Source: Candidatus Omnitrophota bacterium (GTDB lineage Bacteria; Omnitrophota; Gorgyraeia; Zapsychrales; JAKLDJ01). Taken from it: a DNA stretch of 64,000 bases. The notes under the pieces were generated by a model, which was not told the DNA's origin, searched no databases, and worked only from the letters and a program-made list of their open reading frames with translations. Position 1 is the stretch's first letter; the number at the start of each line of letters is the position of its first letter. Shown piece after piece: positions 53,685 to 63,933 of this stretch. Position numbers and translations under genes: made by a program. The DNA is taken from NCBI GenBank assembly GCA_022703585.1, contig JAKLDJ010000001.1:740006-804005 (forward strand). Direction: 5' to 3'.

Positions 53685-55025
53685 ATGCCTAGTCAAAATG
53701 TTGATAGTATAAAAATCCCGCCCCATAATGCCGAAGCCGAGAAATCGGTTTTAGGTTCCATGCTTATTGATGAAGAGGCTGTTGGCCTGGCCTTGGAAGT
53801 CATCGATGAGTCTGCTTTTTACGAAGATGCCCACCGGCGTATTTTTGCTGCTGTCATCAATCTTTTTAACAGCCATAAAAATGTCGATTTGATCACTCTC
53901 GCCGAACAGCTTAAAAGCGAAGGGGCCCTGGATGCGGTTGGGGGAATCAGTTATTTGACGCAGCTTGTGGAATTTGTCCCCAGCGCTGCCAATGTCGAGC
54001 ATTACGCGCAGATTGTTAAAGAGAAAAGTATACAACGCAAACTTATCAAGAATGCGACACATATTATCGGCGAAAGCTATGAGCCCGGGGTTAATGTCGA
54101 CGAGTTGGTAGATAAGGCCGAGGGGCTGATTTTTGAAATTGCCTTTTCCCGGCAGCGGCAAAAATCCATTCATATAAAAGAACTTATCAAAGACAGCATT
54201 GAGACGATCGATCAGCTGTACCAGCGCAAGGAATCGGTAACCGGAGTTGCTACGGGTTATGAGGAATTTGACAAGAAGACCTCAGGGCTACAAAAGTCGG
54301 ACCTGATTATCGTTGCCGGCCGGCCCTCCATGGGTAAAAGTTCTCTGGCGCTGTGTATGGCCGAACATGCGGCCGTTGAAAAGAAGGTCGGTGTTGCCTT
54401 CTTTAGCCTGGAGATGTCCAAAGAACAGCTAGTTCAAAGAATGCTTTGTTGTCATGCGCGGGTTGACGCGCACAATGTCCGCACCGGATTCCTGTCTCCT
54501 TCCGACTGGCCGAAACTGACTGCCGCGGCCGGAAAATTATCTGCGGCTCCGATCTATATCGACGATACACCGGCGATATCCGAATTGGAATTGCGCGCCA
54601 AGGCCCGGAGGTTAAAATCCAATTATGATATCGGATTGATTGTTCTTGATTACCTGCAGCTGATGCGCAGTTCCCACCAGGTCGACAGCCGTCAGCAGGA
54701 GATATCCGAGATTTCCCGTTCGATTAAGGCCTTGGCCAGGGAATTGGATGTCCCGATTATTGCTATTAGCCAATTGTCGCGCGCGGTCGAAAGCCGCCAG
54801 GATCACCGGCCCCAACTTTCGGATTTGCGGGAGTCAGGCGCCATCGAGCAGGACGCCGACTTGGTAGTACTCTTAGTCAGGGAAGAATACTACAACCCGA
54901 CGGAAGAAAACAGGGGTATCGCGGATGTTATTATCGCCAAGCAGCGTAACGGGCCCGTGGGGACTATGAAATTAACCTTCATCAAGGAATATATGCGCTT
55001 TGAAAATTTAGCGCGTGTGGATTGA
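53685..55025 (+). CDS. dnaB: Replicative DNA helicase
   Basis: PPHNAEAEKSVLGSMLID (N-terminal domain), Walker A GRPSMGKSSLAL, the RecA-like ISQLSRAVESR. Confidence 0.92.
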   Translation: MPSQNVDSIKIPPHNAEAEKSVLGSMLIDEEAVGLALEVIDESAFYEDAHRRIFAAVINLFNSHKNVDLITLAEQLKSEGALDAVGGISYLTQLVEFVPSAANVEHYAQIVKEKSIQRKLIKNATHIIGESYEPGVNVDELVDKAEGLIFEIAFSRQRQKSIHIKELIKDSIETIDQLYQRKESVTGVATGYEEFDKKTSGLQKSDLIIVAGRPSMGKSSLALCMAEHAAVEKKVGVAFFSLEMSKEQLVQRMLCCHARVDAHNVRTGFLSPSDWPKLTAAAGKLSAAPIYIDDTPAISELELRAKARRLKSNYDIGLIVLDYLQLMRSSHQVDSRQQEISEISRSIKALARELDVPIIAISQLSRAVESRQDHRPQLSDLRESGAIEQDADLVVLLVREEYYNPTEENRGIADVIIAKQRNGPVGTMKLTFIKEYMRFENLARVD

Positions 55026-55057
55026 CAGGCTGTGGAGTTAACCGTATAATCATACAA

Positions 55058-57526
55058 ATGAATAGAAACCGTTTAGCCATCTTTGTTTTATTTTTCTGGG
55101 CTCTAAGTCTTCTTCTTTGTTTAAGTTACGCATTTGCGCAAAGTGAAGAGCAGGCTGTCAATGACGAAGTAGCTACCCCGCCTATTTCCTCTCCCAGGCT
55201 TTCCGGAAGCATGTCTTCTTCCCCTGAAGATCAGGAAGCTGTGCCGTCTCAATTGCTGGCTCCCGTTGGCCAGACCGAGGCCCAGCCCGTCCTGGTGCAG
55301 CCGGAAGAAAACAAAATTGTTAAGTCCATAGAGATCCAGGGCAATAAAATCATAACCGTTCCTACTATTCTGGCCAAAATAAAGACGCGCGTGGGAGAGG
55401 CCTATCTGCAGAATGTCATCAGCGATGACCTCAAGCGCCTTTACAATACGGGTTATTTCTCGGATGTCAGCATTGACCATAAAGACTACGAGGGGGGTTT
55501 TAAGGTCATTTTTTACCTGGTGGAGAAGCCGATTATAGAGAAAGTGACCTTTACAAAAACCCGCTATTTTAATCCCGGCGCATTCTTAACCAAGATTCAG
55601 ACCAAAGAAGGCAAGTTCCTTGATCAAAAAGCCCTCAAAGACGACATTGCTACTATCAAGGATATGTACGAAAAAAAGGGCCTGACCACTGTCTCTGTCG
55701 ATGTCGAAACGGATATTGACAAGACCACTAATAAGGCAAAATTGCATTTTATTATAGAGGAAGGCTACCGGATTAAGATTACGAAGATTGCCATTGAGGG
55801 CAATAAAACCTATTCCTACAAAAAAATGATCAGGGTTATTAAAACCAGGGCAAGTTCTTTGTTTGATTCGGGGTATCTGAAGGAAGATGTTTTGGCGGAA
55901 GATATGGAGCGCATCAAATCTTTCTATGAGCGGGAAGGATTTATCGATGTGACCGCTGATTACCAGATCGATGAGGGTGTCAAGGGGAGGATTACGGTCC
56001 ATATCCAGATTCAGGAGGGGAATCGTTACTATACCGGCAAGATTGTTGTAAACGGCAATAAAGTCGCAACCGAGAAAGAAATTCTGGATATCATGAAAGA
56101 AATCAAGCCCGGCAAGGTCTTTAGCCGCGAGCGTTTAAGTGTTGACCTTGCCAATATCCGTACCCTGTACTTTGACAAGGGTTATATCTTTGCCAATGCT
56201 AATGAGTCGACGCTGCTGAACCCCGAAACCGGGAAAGTCGACGTGACCCTTACCGTCGAAGAAGGTGATTTGGCGTATGTTAATAAAATCAAGATCCAGG
56301 GCAATGACCGTACCCGCGATATTGTTATTCGCCGGGAACTGCGTATTAATCCCGGTGACCGGTTTGACGGAGAGAAATTGCGCCGCAGTAAAGAGAGATT
56401 GCGTAATTTAGGGTATTTTGAAGATATCAATTATGATGTGGAAGACACGTCTGTGCCCAACAAAAAAGATCTGGTGGTTCAGCTTAAAGAAACCAAGACC
56501 GGAAGCCTCAGTTTTGGCGGCGGGTACAGCACCGTCGATCAGCTTATTGGTTTTGTGGAAATCGAACAGAAGAATTTCGATTTTGCCAACTGGCCTACGT
56601 TTACCGGTGGCGGCCAGGATCTTTCGGTTCGCGGAGAACTCGGGTCGGTGCGTAATAACATGCGCCTGAGCTTTACCGAGCCGTGGCTGTTTGATTATCC
56701 CGTCTCGGGCGGTTTTGATGCTTATCGCAGTAAACGGCTTCGCGAAAGCGACGTTGGTTATGGTTACGATGAACAAAGAACCGGCGGGGACATCCGTTTT
56801 GGCAAAGAACTCACAGAATATATCTCGGCGGGGGCCACCTATCGTTTGGAGCGCATTGAAATCAGCAATATCACTTCTGACGCCACGAACGATTTAATTA
56901 AAGAAGAAGGTACCAATGATGTCAGCAGCGTGAATCTTAGAATAGCCAGAGATACGCGTGATAATGCTTTCAATCCTACTAAGGGTTTGTTTTTGGCGGG
57001 AATAACGGATGTCGCCGGCGGATTCTTGGGAGGGGACAAAGATTTTGCCAGGCTCCAGGGTAAGGGAACCTACGATATACCGCTTCTCTTTAATTCAGTC
57101 CTCGAATTTCGCGTGCACGGAGGCATTATCAATTCTTACGGAGATTCCGACGGAGTTCCGATATTTGAAAGATTTTTTACCGGAGGCGCTTATTCTATCA
57201 GGGGTTACAATGAGCGCAAAGTCGGCCCCCTTGACCCGGTCACCAATGATCCTATCGGAGGCAACAGCCTTTTGGTCACCAATATTGAGTACACGGTTCC
57301 CTTGATCGATGTTATCAAACTCGCCGCTTTCTTTGATAGCGGCGGCGTCTGGTCAAAGGTAAGGGATTTTGGCCAAGGGGATTTTAAATCCGGTATGGGT
57401 CTGGGCCTAAGAGTCAAAACCCCTATCGGGCCGATTAACCTTGATTACGGCTACCCTCTTAATGACGAACCGGGAGAAGAGAGCCGATCGGGTAAGTTTT
57501 ATTTTAGCGTCAGCCGCGGGTTCTAA
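55058..57526 (+). CDS. bamA: Outer-membrane protein assembly factor BamA (Omp85)
   Basis: Signal peptide, multiple POTRA repeats (IEIQGNKIIT..., IKITKIAIEGNKTY..., INKIKIQGNDRTRD...), C-terminal beta-barrel ending ...FYFSVSRGF. Confidence 0.88.
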   Translation: MNRNRLAIFVLFFWALSLLLCLSYAFAQSEEQAVNDEVATPPISSPRLSGSMSSSPEDQEAVPSQLLAPVGQTEAQPVLVQPEENKIVKSIEIQGNKIITVPTILAKIKTRVGEAYLQNVISDDLKRLYNTGYFSDVSIDHKDYEGGFKVIFYLVEKPIIEKVTFTKTRYFNPGAFLTKIQTKEGKFLDQKALKDDIATIKDMYEKKGLTTVSVDVETDIDKTTNKAKLHFIIEEGYRIKITKIAIEGNKTYSYKKMIRVIKTRASSLFDSGYLKEDVLAEDMERIKSFYEREGFIDVTADYQIDEGVKGRITVHIQIQEGNRYYTGKIVVNGNKVATEKEILDIMKEIKPGKVFSRERLSVDLANIRTLYFDKGYIFANANESTLLNPETGKVDVTLTVEEGDLAYVNKIKIQGNDRTRDIVIRRELRINPGDRFDGEKLRRSKERLRNLGYFEDINYDVEDTSVPNKKDLVVQLKETKTGSLSFGGGYSTVDQLIGFVEIEQKNFDFANWPTFTGGGQDLSVRGELGSVRNNMRLSFTEPWLFDYPVSGGFDAYRSKRLRESDVGYGYDEQRTGGDIRFGKELTEYISAGATYRLERIEISNITSDATNDLIKEEGTNDVSSVNLRIARDTRDNAFNPTKGLFLAGITDVAGGFLGGDKDFARLQGKGTYDIPLLFNSVLEFRVHGGIINSYGDSDGVPIFERFFTGGAYSIRGYNERKVGPLDPVTNDPIGGNSLLVTNIEYTVPLIDVIKLAAFFDSGGVWSKVRDFGQGDFKSGMGLGLRVKTPIGPINLDYGYPLNDEPGEESRSGKFYFSVSRGF

Positions 57527-57611
57527 CCGCAAAAATATTCCCGGTAAAGAAACATAAGAAATCAATCCATTGCTTAAAATTATTTAAGCTAAATTAAAAA
57601 GGAGGTCTGCG

Positions 57612-58142
57612 GTGAATAAGGTTAAAATTTTTATCGTAATGGCGGCATTTGTTTTATTCGGTGCGTTGGCGGCTCATGCCCAGGAAGCGGCGGCCGGTAA
57701 GATTGGCTATGTTACTTTGGGGCGTGTCTTTGACGAGTATGCCAAAACCAAAGAATATGACGCTGTCCTGGAGAAGAAAACCAACGATTATCAGCAGGAG
57801 CTTAAGGCCAAGGTCGACAAGATTACTGAGGCCGAGGGAAAGCTGGCGCTTTTAAAGGATGCGGAAAAAGAAAAGATGCAGGCCCAGATTGAAAAAGATA
57901 AGGCTGATGTTATGGAATTCAGGCGCCTGAGAGAGACGGATTTAAGAAAAGAACGCGACGATAAGATCAAGGAGATCCTCCTTGAAATCGAAAAAGTTGT
58001 TAAAGAATTTGCCGAACAGCAAAAGTACGCACTGATCCTCAATGACAGAGTCCTTATTTTCGGCAGCACGGAGTTGGACCGCACTAACGAGATTATAAAA
58101 GCGCTCAACGATAAATACCCGGCAGCGGCGCCCAAGAAATAA
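57612..58142 (+). CDS. skp: Periplasmic chaperone Skp (OmpH)
   Basis: GTG start, signal peptide, then the coiled-coil OmpH pattern IGYVTLGRVFDEY...ALILNDRVLIFG. Confidence 0.85.
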   Translation: MNKVKIFIVMAAFVLFGALAAHAQEAAAGKIGYVTLGRVFDEYAKTKEYDAVLEKKTNDYQQELKAKVDKITEAEGKLALLKDAEKEKMQAQIEKDKADVMEFRRLRETDLRKERDDKIKEILLEIEKVVKEFAEQQKYALILNDRVLIFGSTELDRTNEIIKALNDKYPAAAPKK

Positions 58143-58171
58143 CTCTAAGAATTTGTATTTAAATACCGGCT

Positions 58172-58213
58172 CGAACCTCAACCCTGATTTTCCCGAAGGA
58201 AAATCAGGGTTGA
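58172..58213. repeat. Perfect 17-bp inverted repeat CTCAACCCTGATTTTCC-cgaa-GGAAAATCAGGGTTGAG between skp and lpxD
   Basis: Read directly from the sequence. No U-tract follows, so it is not a classical terminator. Confidence 0.7.
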
Positions 58214-58257
58214 GCCACGCCCGCTCGTAAAAGTGATTTCATCTTTAAAATACCCCT

Positions 58258-59376
58258 ATGCGTAAAACTCTAACCGAGATAGCCAACATCGTCGACGGAG
58301 AAGTCCTCGGAGACGGCAATGTTGTTATTACCGGTCTTTGCGGTATCAAGGAGGCAAAGAACGGAGACCTCTCTTTTGTTGCTAACCCTAAATATTTTAT
58401 TCTAATTGAAAAGACCCTGGCCTCGGCGCTTCTTGTGCCGCGGGATTTTACCGCGATTGCTAAGCCGGTTATCCGTGTGGATGATCCGTCGGTTGCCTTT
58501 GTCAAAATCGCAGCCCTTTTCTTAGAGGATAATTTGCTGGAGCATTTTAAGGGAATTCATCCCACTGCGATTATTGCTCCCGACGCTCAGATGGGGAAAA
58601 ATGTCAGTGTCGGCCCTTTTGCGGTTATTGAAAGCAAGGCGCAAATAGGAAACAACACAATTATTTACAGCGGTTGTTATGTCGGGCGCAAGGCAACAAT
58701 CGGCAAAGATTGTCTTATCTACCCGAATGTCTCTATGCGCGAGCGTATCCAAATCGGCGATCGGGTGATTGTCCATAGCGGTGCCGTTATTGGCTCGGAT
58801 GGATTCGGGTTTGTTAATGTCAAAGGCGTGCACCAAAAAATTCCTCAAATCGGCACGGTGGTGATTGAGGATGACGTTGAAATCGGCGCCAATGTGACAA
58901 TTGACCGGGCCCGTTTTGACAGGACGATAATCGGCCGCGGGACGAAGATTGATAACCTGGTTCACATTGCGCATAATGTAACAATCGGAGAGCATTGTAT
59001 TATTGTGGCTCAGGCGGGGATATCAGGAAGCGTCGCTATTGAAAAAAATGCGGTTTTAGCCGGGCAGGCAGGGATTGCCGGGCACTTGACCATCGGTGAA
59101 GGGGCTATTGTCGCCGCTCAGGCCGGGGTGACCAAATCTGTGCCTGCATTCACCATGGTTTCGGGTTATCCGGCCAAGCCGCACGATACGGCCAAGAAAG
59201 TCAATGCCTGCGTCCAGCGTTTGCCGGAATATATTAAAACCATTAATGATTTAGAAAAAAAGCTAAAGAGCTTAGAAGATAAAATTGATAAATGCGCTCT
59301 AACCGCGGTATCCGGAAAATCTGTTAAAGCTGCCGCAAAAAAATCCGGCCTTAGAAAATATTCAAAGAAAAAATGA
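58258..59376 (+). CDS. lpxD: UDP-3-O-(3-hydroxyacyl)glucosamine N-acyltransferase
   Basis: N-terminal LTEIANIVDGEV..., left-handed beta-helix hexapeptide repeats, K-rich C-terminal tail. Confidence 0.88.
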   Translation: MRKTLTEIANIVDGEVLGDGNVVITGLCGIKEAKNGDLSFVANPKYFILIEKTLASALLVPRDFTAIAKPVIRVDDPSVAFVKIAALFLEDNLLEHFKGIHPTAIIAPDAQMGKNVSVGPFAVIESKAQIGNNTIIYSGCYVGRKATIGKDCLIYPNVSMRERIQIGDRVIVHSGAVIGSDGFGFVNVKGVHQKIPQIGTVVIEDDVEIGANVTIDRARFDRTIIGRGTKIDNLVHIAHNVTIGEHCIIVAQAGISGSVAIEKNAVLAGQAGIAGHLTIGEGAIVAAQAGVTKSVPAFTMVSGYPAKPHDTAKKVNACVQRLPEYIKTINDLEKKLKSLEDKIDKCALTAVSGKSVKAAAKKSGLRKYSKKK

Positions 59377-60746
59377 GCGATTCGCAAAAGACTATTCGTA
59401 AGGAAGTCATTCTCAAAGGGGTTGGCCTGCATACGGGCAGCAAGACAACTGTGCGCCTAAAACCCGCCGAACCTAACACGGGCATCCGCTTCGTGCGTGT
59501 CGATTTGCCCGGGTGCCCCGTTATTAAGGCTGAGCTTTCGAGCCTCTTGCCGGCCGGTGTTCCCCGTTGCACCTCCATTGGAACCGACGGAGCGGCTATT
59601 CATACCGTCGAGCATTTGACTTCGGTCTTATGCTGCCTGGGAGTCAATAATCTTATTGTGGAAATAGACGGCAACGAATTGCCCGGTTTAGACGGCAGCG
59701 CCAATGATTACTTAAAGGCGGTTAAGGATGCCGGTTTGGTTGATCAGAATGAACCGAGAAATTTATTTGAAATTCGCGAACCTGTTTGGGTCGAAAACGG
59801 TGACGCCTCGATTTTGATTGTTCCGGCGGCGGATTTAAAAATCTCCTACACGCTCCACTATGAGAAAACTGCTTTTAATTCACAATTTTTAAGCCTTAAT
59901 GTTACGCCGGAAAATTTCGAGCGCGAAATTGCGCCGTCGCGCACCTTTTGCCTGGAACGCGAGGCAGAGGAATTGCGCAAACAAGGCCTGGGCAAAGGGG
60001 CCAATTACGACAATACCCTGGTGATTACCAAAGACGGCGGGGTTAAAAACAATACATTGCGTTTTGAAAACGAATTTGTGCGCCACAAAGTCCTTGATCT
60101 TTTGGGGGATTTATTTTTGCTGGGATTTCCGATTCATGGCCACATATTTGCCCAGAAAAGCGGGCATACCCTTAATATTGCGCTCTTAAAGAAGATTATC
60201 GAACAAAAGAAAAAGTACGACTCCTCGAAGGCCCTTCGGGAGCCGGCGGCCGTATCCGCGCCCGAGGTTAAAGGCGTTCCTTCTTCGGGTGGAGAGCTTG
60301 ATATTCATCAGATTATGAATATCTTGCCGCACCGCTATCCGTTTTTATTTGTGGACAGGGTTGTCTCTTTTGAGCCGGGCAAGCGCGCTGTGGGCGTTAA
60401 AAACGTTACTATTAACGATAATTTCTTCCAGGGGCATTTTCCGGCGAGGCCTATTATGCCCGGGGTTTTGATGGTTGAGGCCATGGCCCAGGTGGGGGGC
60501 ATCGCGGTTTTAACCGGCGAGCAGCACAAAGGGCAACTGGCTTTCTTTTTATCGACTGATAAGGTAAAATTTAGGAAAGTAGTTTCTCCCGGCGATCAGC
60601 TGGTGATCGAAGCCGAAGTGGTGCGGGACAAATCAAGGACGGCGCAGATACGCGCTTGGGCCAAAGTGGGAGAGGATGTTGTCTCTGAAGCCGAAATCAT
60701 GATTTCTTTTGTGGACGAAAGTTATTTGAAAGATAAACCTGCATAG
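59373..60746 (+). CDS. Bifunctional UDP-3-O-acyl-GlcNAc deacetylase / 3-hydroxyacyl-ACP dehydratase (LpxC-FabZ fusion)
   Basis: N-terminal LpxC (KGVGLHTGSKTTVRLKPA..., HTVEHL, VRHKVLDLLGDL). C-terminal FabZ hot-dog (PHRYPFLFVDRV..., FFQGHFPARPIMPGVLMVEAMAQ). Confidence 0.88.
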   Translation: MSDSQKTIRKEVILKGVGLHTGSKTTVRLKPAEPNTGIRFVRVDLPGCPVIKAELSSLLPAGVPRCTSIGTDGAAIHTVEHLTSVLCCLGVNNLIVEIDGNELPGLDGSANDYLKAVKDAGLVDQNEPRNLFEIREPVWVENGDASILIVPAADLKISYTLHYEKTAFNSQFLSLNVTPENFEREIAPSRTFCLEREAEELRKQGLGKGANYDNTLVITKDGGVKNNTLRFENEFVRHKVLDLLGDLFLLGFPIHGHIFAQKSGHTLNIALLKKIIEQKKKYDSSKALREPAAVSAPEVKGVPSSGGELDIHQIMNILPHRYPFLFVDRVVSFEPGKRAVGVKNVTINDNFFQGHFPARPIMPGVLMVEAMAQVGGIAVLTGEQHKGQLAFFLSTDKVKFRKVVSPGDQLVIEAEVVRDKSRTAQIRAWAKVGEDVVSEAEIMISFVDESYLKDKPA

Positions 60747-60778
60747 AATTTATTAAACGCAAAATACGAAAACCCAAA

Positions 60779-61588
60779 ATGGCTATTCATAAAACCGCTA
60801 TCATCAGCAAAAAAGCAGAGATTGCCTCCGGCGTTGACATTGGTCCTTATTCCGTTATCGGTGATCATGTCAAGATCTCCGAAGGCGTTAAGGTCGGAAG
60901 CTTCTGCGTCTTTGAGAGCAATACCACGATCGGAAAAAACTGTGAATTCTTTACCGGGGCGGTGATCGGGAGTATCCCGCAGGATAAAAAATTCGATAAA
61001 ACCCAGAAAGTCTTCCTGAAAATCGGCAATGATAATATTTTCCGCGAATATGTGACGGTGAATCCCGGGACCGGAGAAAACGGTACGACGACGATCGGCA
61101 ACAACAATTTACTGATGGCGTATACCCACGTAGCGCATGACTGTTGTATCGGCAATGACTGTACCGTGGCCAATAACGGTACCTTTGCCGGGCATGTGAC
61201 CATTGAGGACATGGCGATTGTCGGAGGTTTGACGGCCGTGCATCAATTTGCCCGCGTGGGGCGCATGGCTATTGTGGGGGGCTGTTCGAGGGTGGTGCAG
61301 GATGTCCCTCCGTACTCGATGTGTGTCGGTTATCCGGCGAAGGTCTATTCGATCAATGCGGTGGGCTTAAAGCGCGCCAAGATGCCGTCGGAACGAATGA
61401 GATTATTACGTCAGGCATTTAAGATCCTTTTTAATGCAGGCCTTATCCGGTCCAATGCGGTCGCCAAAGTTCGGGAAGAGCTTGGAACCTCCCCTGAGTT
61501 GGAATATCTGTTATCCTTTGTCGAAAATTCCAAAAGGGGTATTTGCCACTCTGCATTTTCGGAAGAGCAAGAAACTGACAGTATCTAA
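60779..61588 (+). CDS. lpxA: Acyl-ACP-UDP-N-acetylglucosamine O-acyltransferase
   Basis: MAIHKTAIISKKAEIASGVDIGPYSVIG..., hexapeptide repeats, 269 aa. Confidence 0.88.
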   Translation: MAIHKTAIISKKAEIASGVDIGPYSVIGDHVKISEGVKVGSFCVFESNTTIGKNCEFFTGAVIGSIPQDKKFDKTQKVFLKIGNDNIFREYVTVNPGTGENGTTTIGNNNLLMAYTHVAHDCCIGNDCTVANNGTFAGHVTIEDMAIVGGLTAVHQFARVGRMAIVGGCSRVVQDVPPYSMCVGYPAKVYSINAVGLKRAKMPSERMRLLRQAFKILFNAGLIRSNAVAKVREELGTSPELEYLLSFVENSKRGICHSAFSEEQETDSI

Positions 61589-61614
61589 ACCTTCATCAGG
61601 TACTTTCCTGTCGA

Positions 61615-62430
61615 GTGATGAAAGAACAGAAAACGTTAGGATTAATTGCCGGCAACGGAAAGTTTCCCATCCTCTTTGCCCGTGAGGCCCGCAAAAAAGG
61701 TTTTAAAGTCATCGCTGTCGCCGTCAAAGGTGACACCTCTTTTCTGGTCAAGTCTTTTGTCGACAAGATATTCTGGCTGAATCCCGGTGAACTCAAAAGA
61801 ATGTTCCTTGTTTTTAAGGAAAATAATGTCAGAGAAGTGATCATGGCGGGGCAGGTGAACCCGGATAATCTCTTTGACCCGAAAGTCGCCTTAGACGAGG
61901 AATTTAAAATCCTTTTTGCCGCGCTTAAGGACCGTAAGGCTGACACGATTTTTTCTGCCGTTGCCGACCGCCTGAAAAAAGAAGGGATGCAGCTTTTAAA
62001 CTCAACATTTTTGCTTAATGATTATTTAGCGCCCAAAGGCACCTTCACCCGCCGAGGGCCCACGGAGGGTGAGCTTGCCGATATTGAATTCGGCCGCAAT
62101 ATCGCCAAGGCCATGGGGCTTTTGGATGTGGGCCAGACAGTTGTGGTCAAGGACCGGGCGATTCTTGCAATTGAGGCGATGGAAGGGACTGACCGTGCGA
62201 TTCTACGCGGTGGCGCGATCGCCCGTTTTGGGGCGGTGGTGGTCAAAACCGCCAAACCCGCCCAGGATGAGCGTTTTGATATTCCCGTTATCGGTCCTAC
62301 GACTATTAAGACGATGATGAAATGCAAGGCCGCCTGCCTCGCTATTGATGCCGGTAGGACCCTGATCATCGACCAGCAAGAGTGTCTCCGTCTGGCTGAT
62401 CGAGGCAAGATTTGTATCCTGGCAACTTAA
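61615..62430 (+). CDS. lpxI: UDP-2,3-diacylglucosamine hydrolase LpxI (DUF1009)
   Basis: LGLIAGNGKFPILFAREARKKG...MAGQV...VVVK is the LpxI N/C-domain pattern. It sits in the lpx cluster where lpxH/lpxB would be expected. Confidence 0.75.
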   Translation: MMKEQKTLGLIAGNGKFPILFAREARKKGFKVIAVAVKGDTSFLVKSFVDKIFWLNPGELKRMFLVFKENNVREVIMAGQVNPDNLFDPKVALDEEFKILFAALKDRKADTIFSAVADRLKKEGMQLLNSTFLLNDYLAPKGTFTRRGPTEGELADIEFGRNIAKAMGLLDVGQTVVVKDRAILAIEAMEGTDRAILRGGAIARFGAVVVKTAKPAQDERFDIPVIGPTTIKTMMKCKAACLAIDAGRTLIIDQQECLRLADRGKICILAT

Positions 62431-62526
62431 AAGCGAGTTTTGCGGTAAAATCTCCAAGGTGTTACATAAAATAAATCTTGGTTAGCTTGGCAAATAACTT
62501 TTTTTATCCTGCCTTAAGAAAGTTTA

Positions 62527-63204
62527 ATGGAATTTATTAAAGAAATCGTAGGCATTTTTCTGCATGTCGACAAGTATCTCGATCTTGTTATCCAAAATTT
62601 CGGCGTTTGGTCGTATTTATTGCTTTTTGTCATTGTCTTTGCGGAAACCGGTCTGGTGGTGACACCTTTTTTACCGGGGGATTCTTTGCTTTTTGCAGTC
62701 GGTGCGTTTGCGGCCAAGGGTTCTTTCAGTTTGTTCTGGGCTTTTGTGACGTTGGCTGCTGCCGGGATCATCGGCGACAGCGTTAATTATGCTGTGGGAA
62801 AGTTTTTCGGCATGAAACTGTTTCAAAACGAGAATTCCCGGATTTTTAAGAAAGAATACTTGGATCGCACTCACCGGTTTTATGAGAAACACGGCGGGAA
62901 GACGATCATTTTGGCCAGATTCATCCCTATCGTGCGCACCTTCGCGCCTTTTGTGGCTGGCATAGGGAAAATGAATTATCTGCACTTTCTGATCTACAAT
63001 GTTTCCGGAGCGCTTTTGTGGGTGACGATTCTTGTTGTCGGAGGATTTTATTTCGGCAACATGCCGTATGTGGAGAAGAATTTCTCGCTAGTTATTTTCG
63101 CCATTATCATTATTTCGATCTTGCCCGGGGTTATCGAGTTTTTACGGCACCGGCGCAACAGCCGTCGGCTTGCGGCTGGTATTGTTACTGGCCGGGAAAG
63201 TTAA
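62527..63204 (+). CDS. dedA: DedA/TVP38 family membrane protein
   Basis: VTPFLPGDSLLFAVGAFAAKG..., ARFIPIVRTFAPFVAG. Confidence 0.85.
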   Translation: MEFIKEIVGIFLHVDKYLDLVIQNFGVWSYLLLFVIVFAETGLVVTPFLPGDSLLFAVGAFAAKGSFSLFWAFVTLAAAGIIGDSVNYAVGKFFGMKLFQNENSRIFKKEYLDRTHRFYEKHGGKTIILARFIPIVRTFAPFVAGIGKMNYLHFLIYNVSGALLWVTILVVGGFYFGNMPYVEKNFSLVIFAIIIISILPGVIEFLRHRRNSRRLAAGIVTGRES

Positions 63205-63303
63205 GTTTTAAGGTAAAGTTTTGGGGTGCCCTCGGCGGAGAAAAAGTTCTATGCGGTCCGAGTGCGTAAAGAAGGTCCACTATATTATTAAAGGAGATCA
63301 GCC

Positions 63304-63930
63304 ATGATTTTTAATTTCTTCCCGAAGGATTTTAATTTCTTCGATTTGTTTGAAGAACAAGTTGGTTATGCCGTTCATGCGTCGCATTCCTTTCGGGAAT
63401 TGGTATCTAGGGGGACTGTCAACGAAGCGTCGCTTGAAAAGATACATGCCATTGAACATCAGGCAGACGATGTGGCGCACAGGGCTATCGATCAATTGAA
63501 TCGGACTTTTATCACTCCTTTTGACCGCGAAGATATCCACACTTTAGTAACCGAGATGGATGACATTGTTGATATGATCAATACCATTGTCAACCGCATG
63601 GTGGTGTATAAAATCGTGGGCATTAACAAGAACTTAGTTGAATTTTCCTCTGTTATCGAGGAATCGGTTTTGGCAGTTGAGCGGGCGGTTAAGGGTATGC
63701 GGAACATGAAACACTGTGCCGCAGTGTCTGATGCCTGCGTTGAAGTAAACCGGCTCGAGAATGTCGGGGACTCTATGAGGGATAAGGTGCTGGCAGAGCT
63801 TTTTGAGACGGAAAAGAACCCTATCGAGGTCATTAAGTGGAAAGAGATTTATGAGGATGCGGAAACCCTGTTGGATATCTGCGAAGATGTTGCCCACGTG
63901 GTGGAATCAATACTGGTTAAGCAGGCATAA
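63304..63930 (+). CDS. DUF47 (PhoU-like) phosphate-transport regulator-related protein
   Basis: MIFNFFPKDFNFFDLFEEQ... and an all-helical PhoU-like fold, immediately upstream of a PiT transporter gene. Confidence 0.75.
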   Translation: MIFNFFPKDFNFFDLFEEQVGYAVHASHSFRELVSRGTVNEASLEKIHAIEHQADDVAHRAIDQLNRTFITPFDREDIHTLVTEMDDIVDMINTIVNRMVVYKIVGINKNLVEFSSVIEESVLAVERAVKGMRNMKHCAAVSDACVEVNRLENVGDSMRDKVLAELFETEKNPIEVIKWKEIYEDAETLLDICEDVAHVVESILVKQA

Positions 63931-63933
63931 TCG

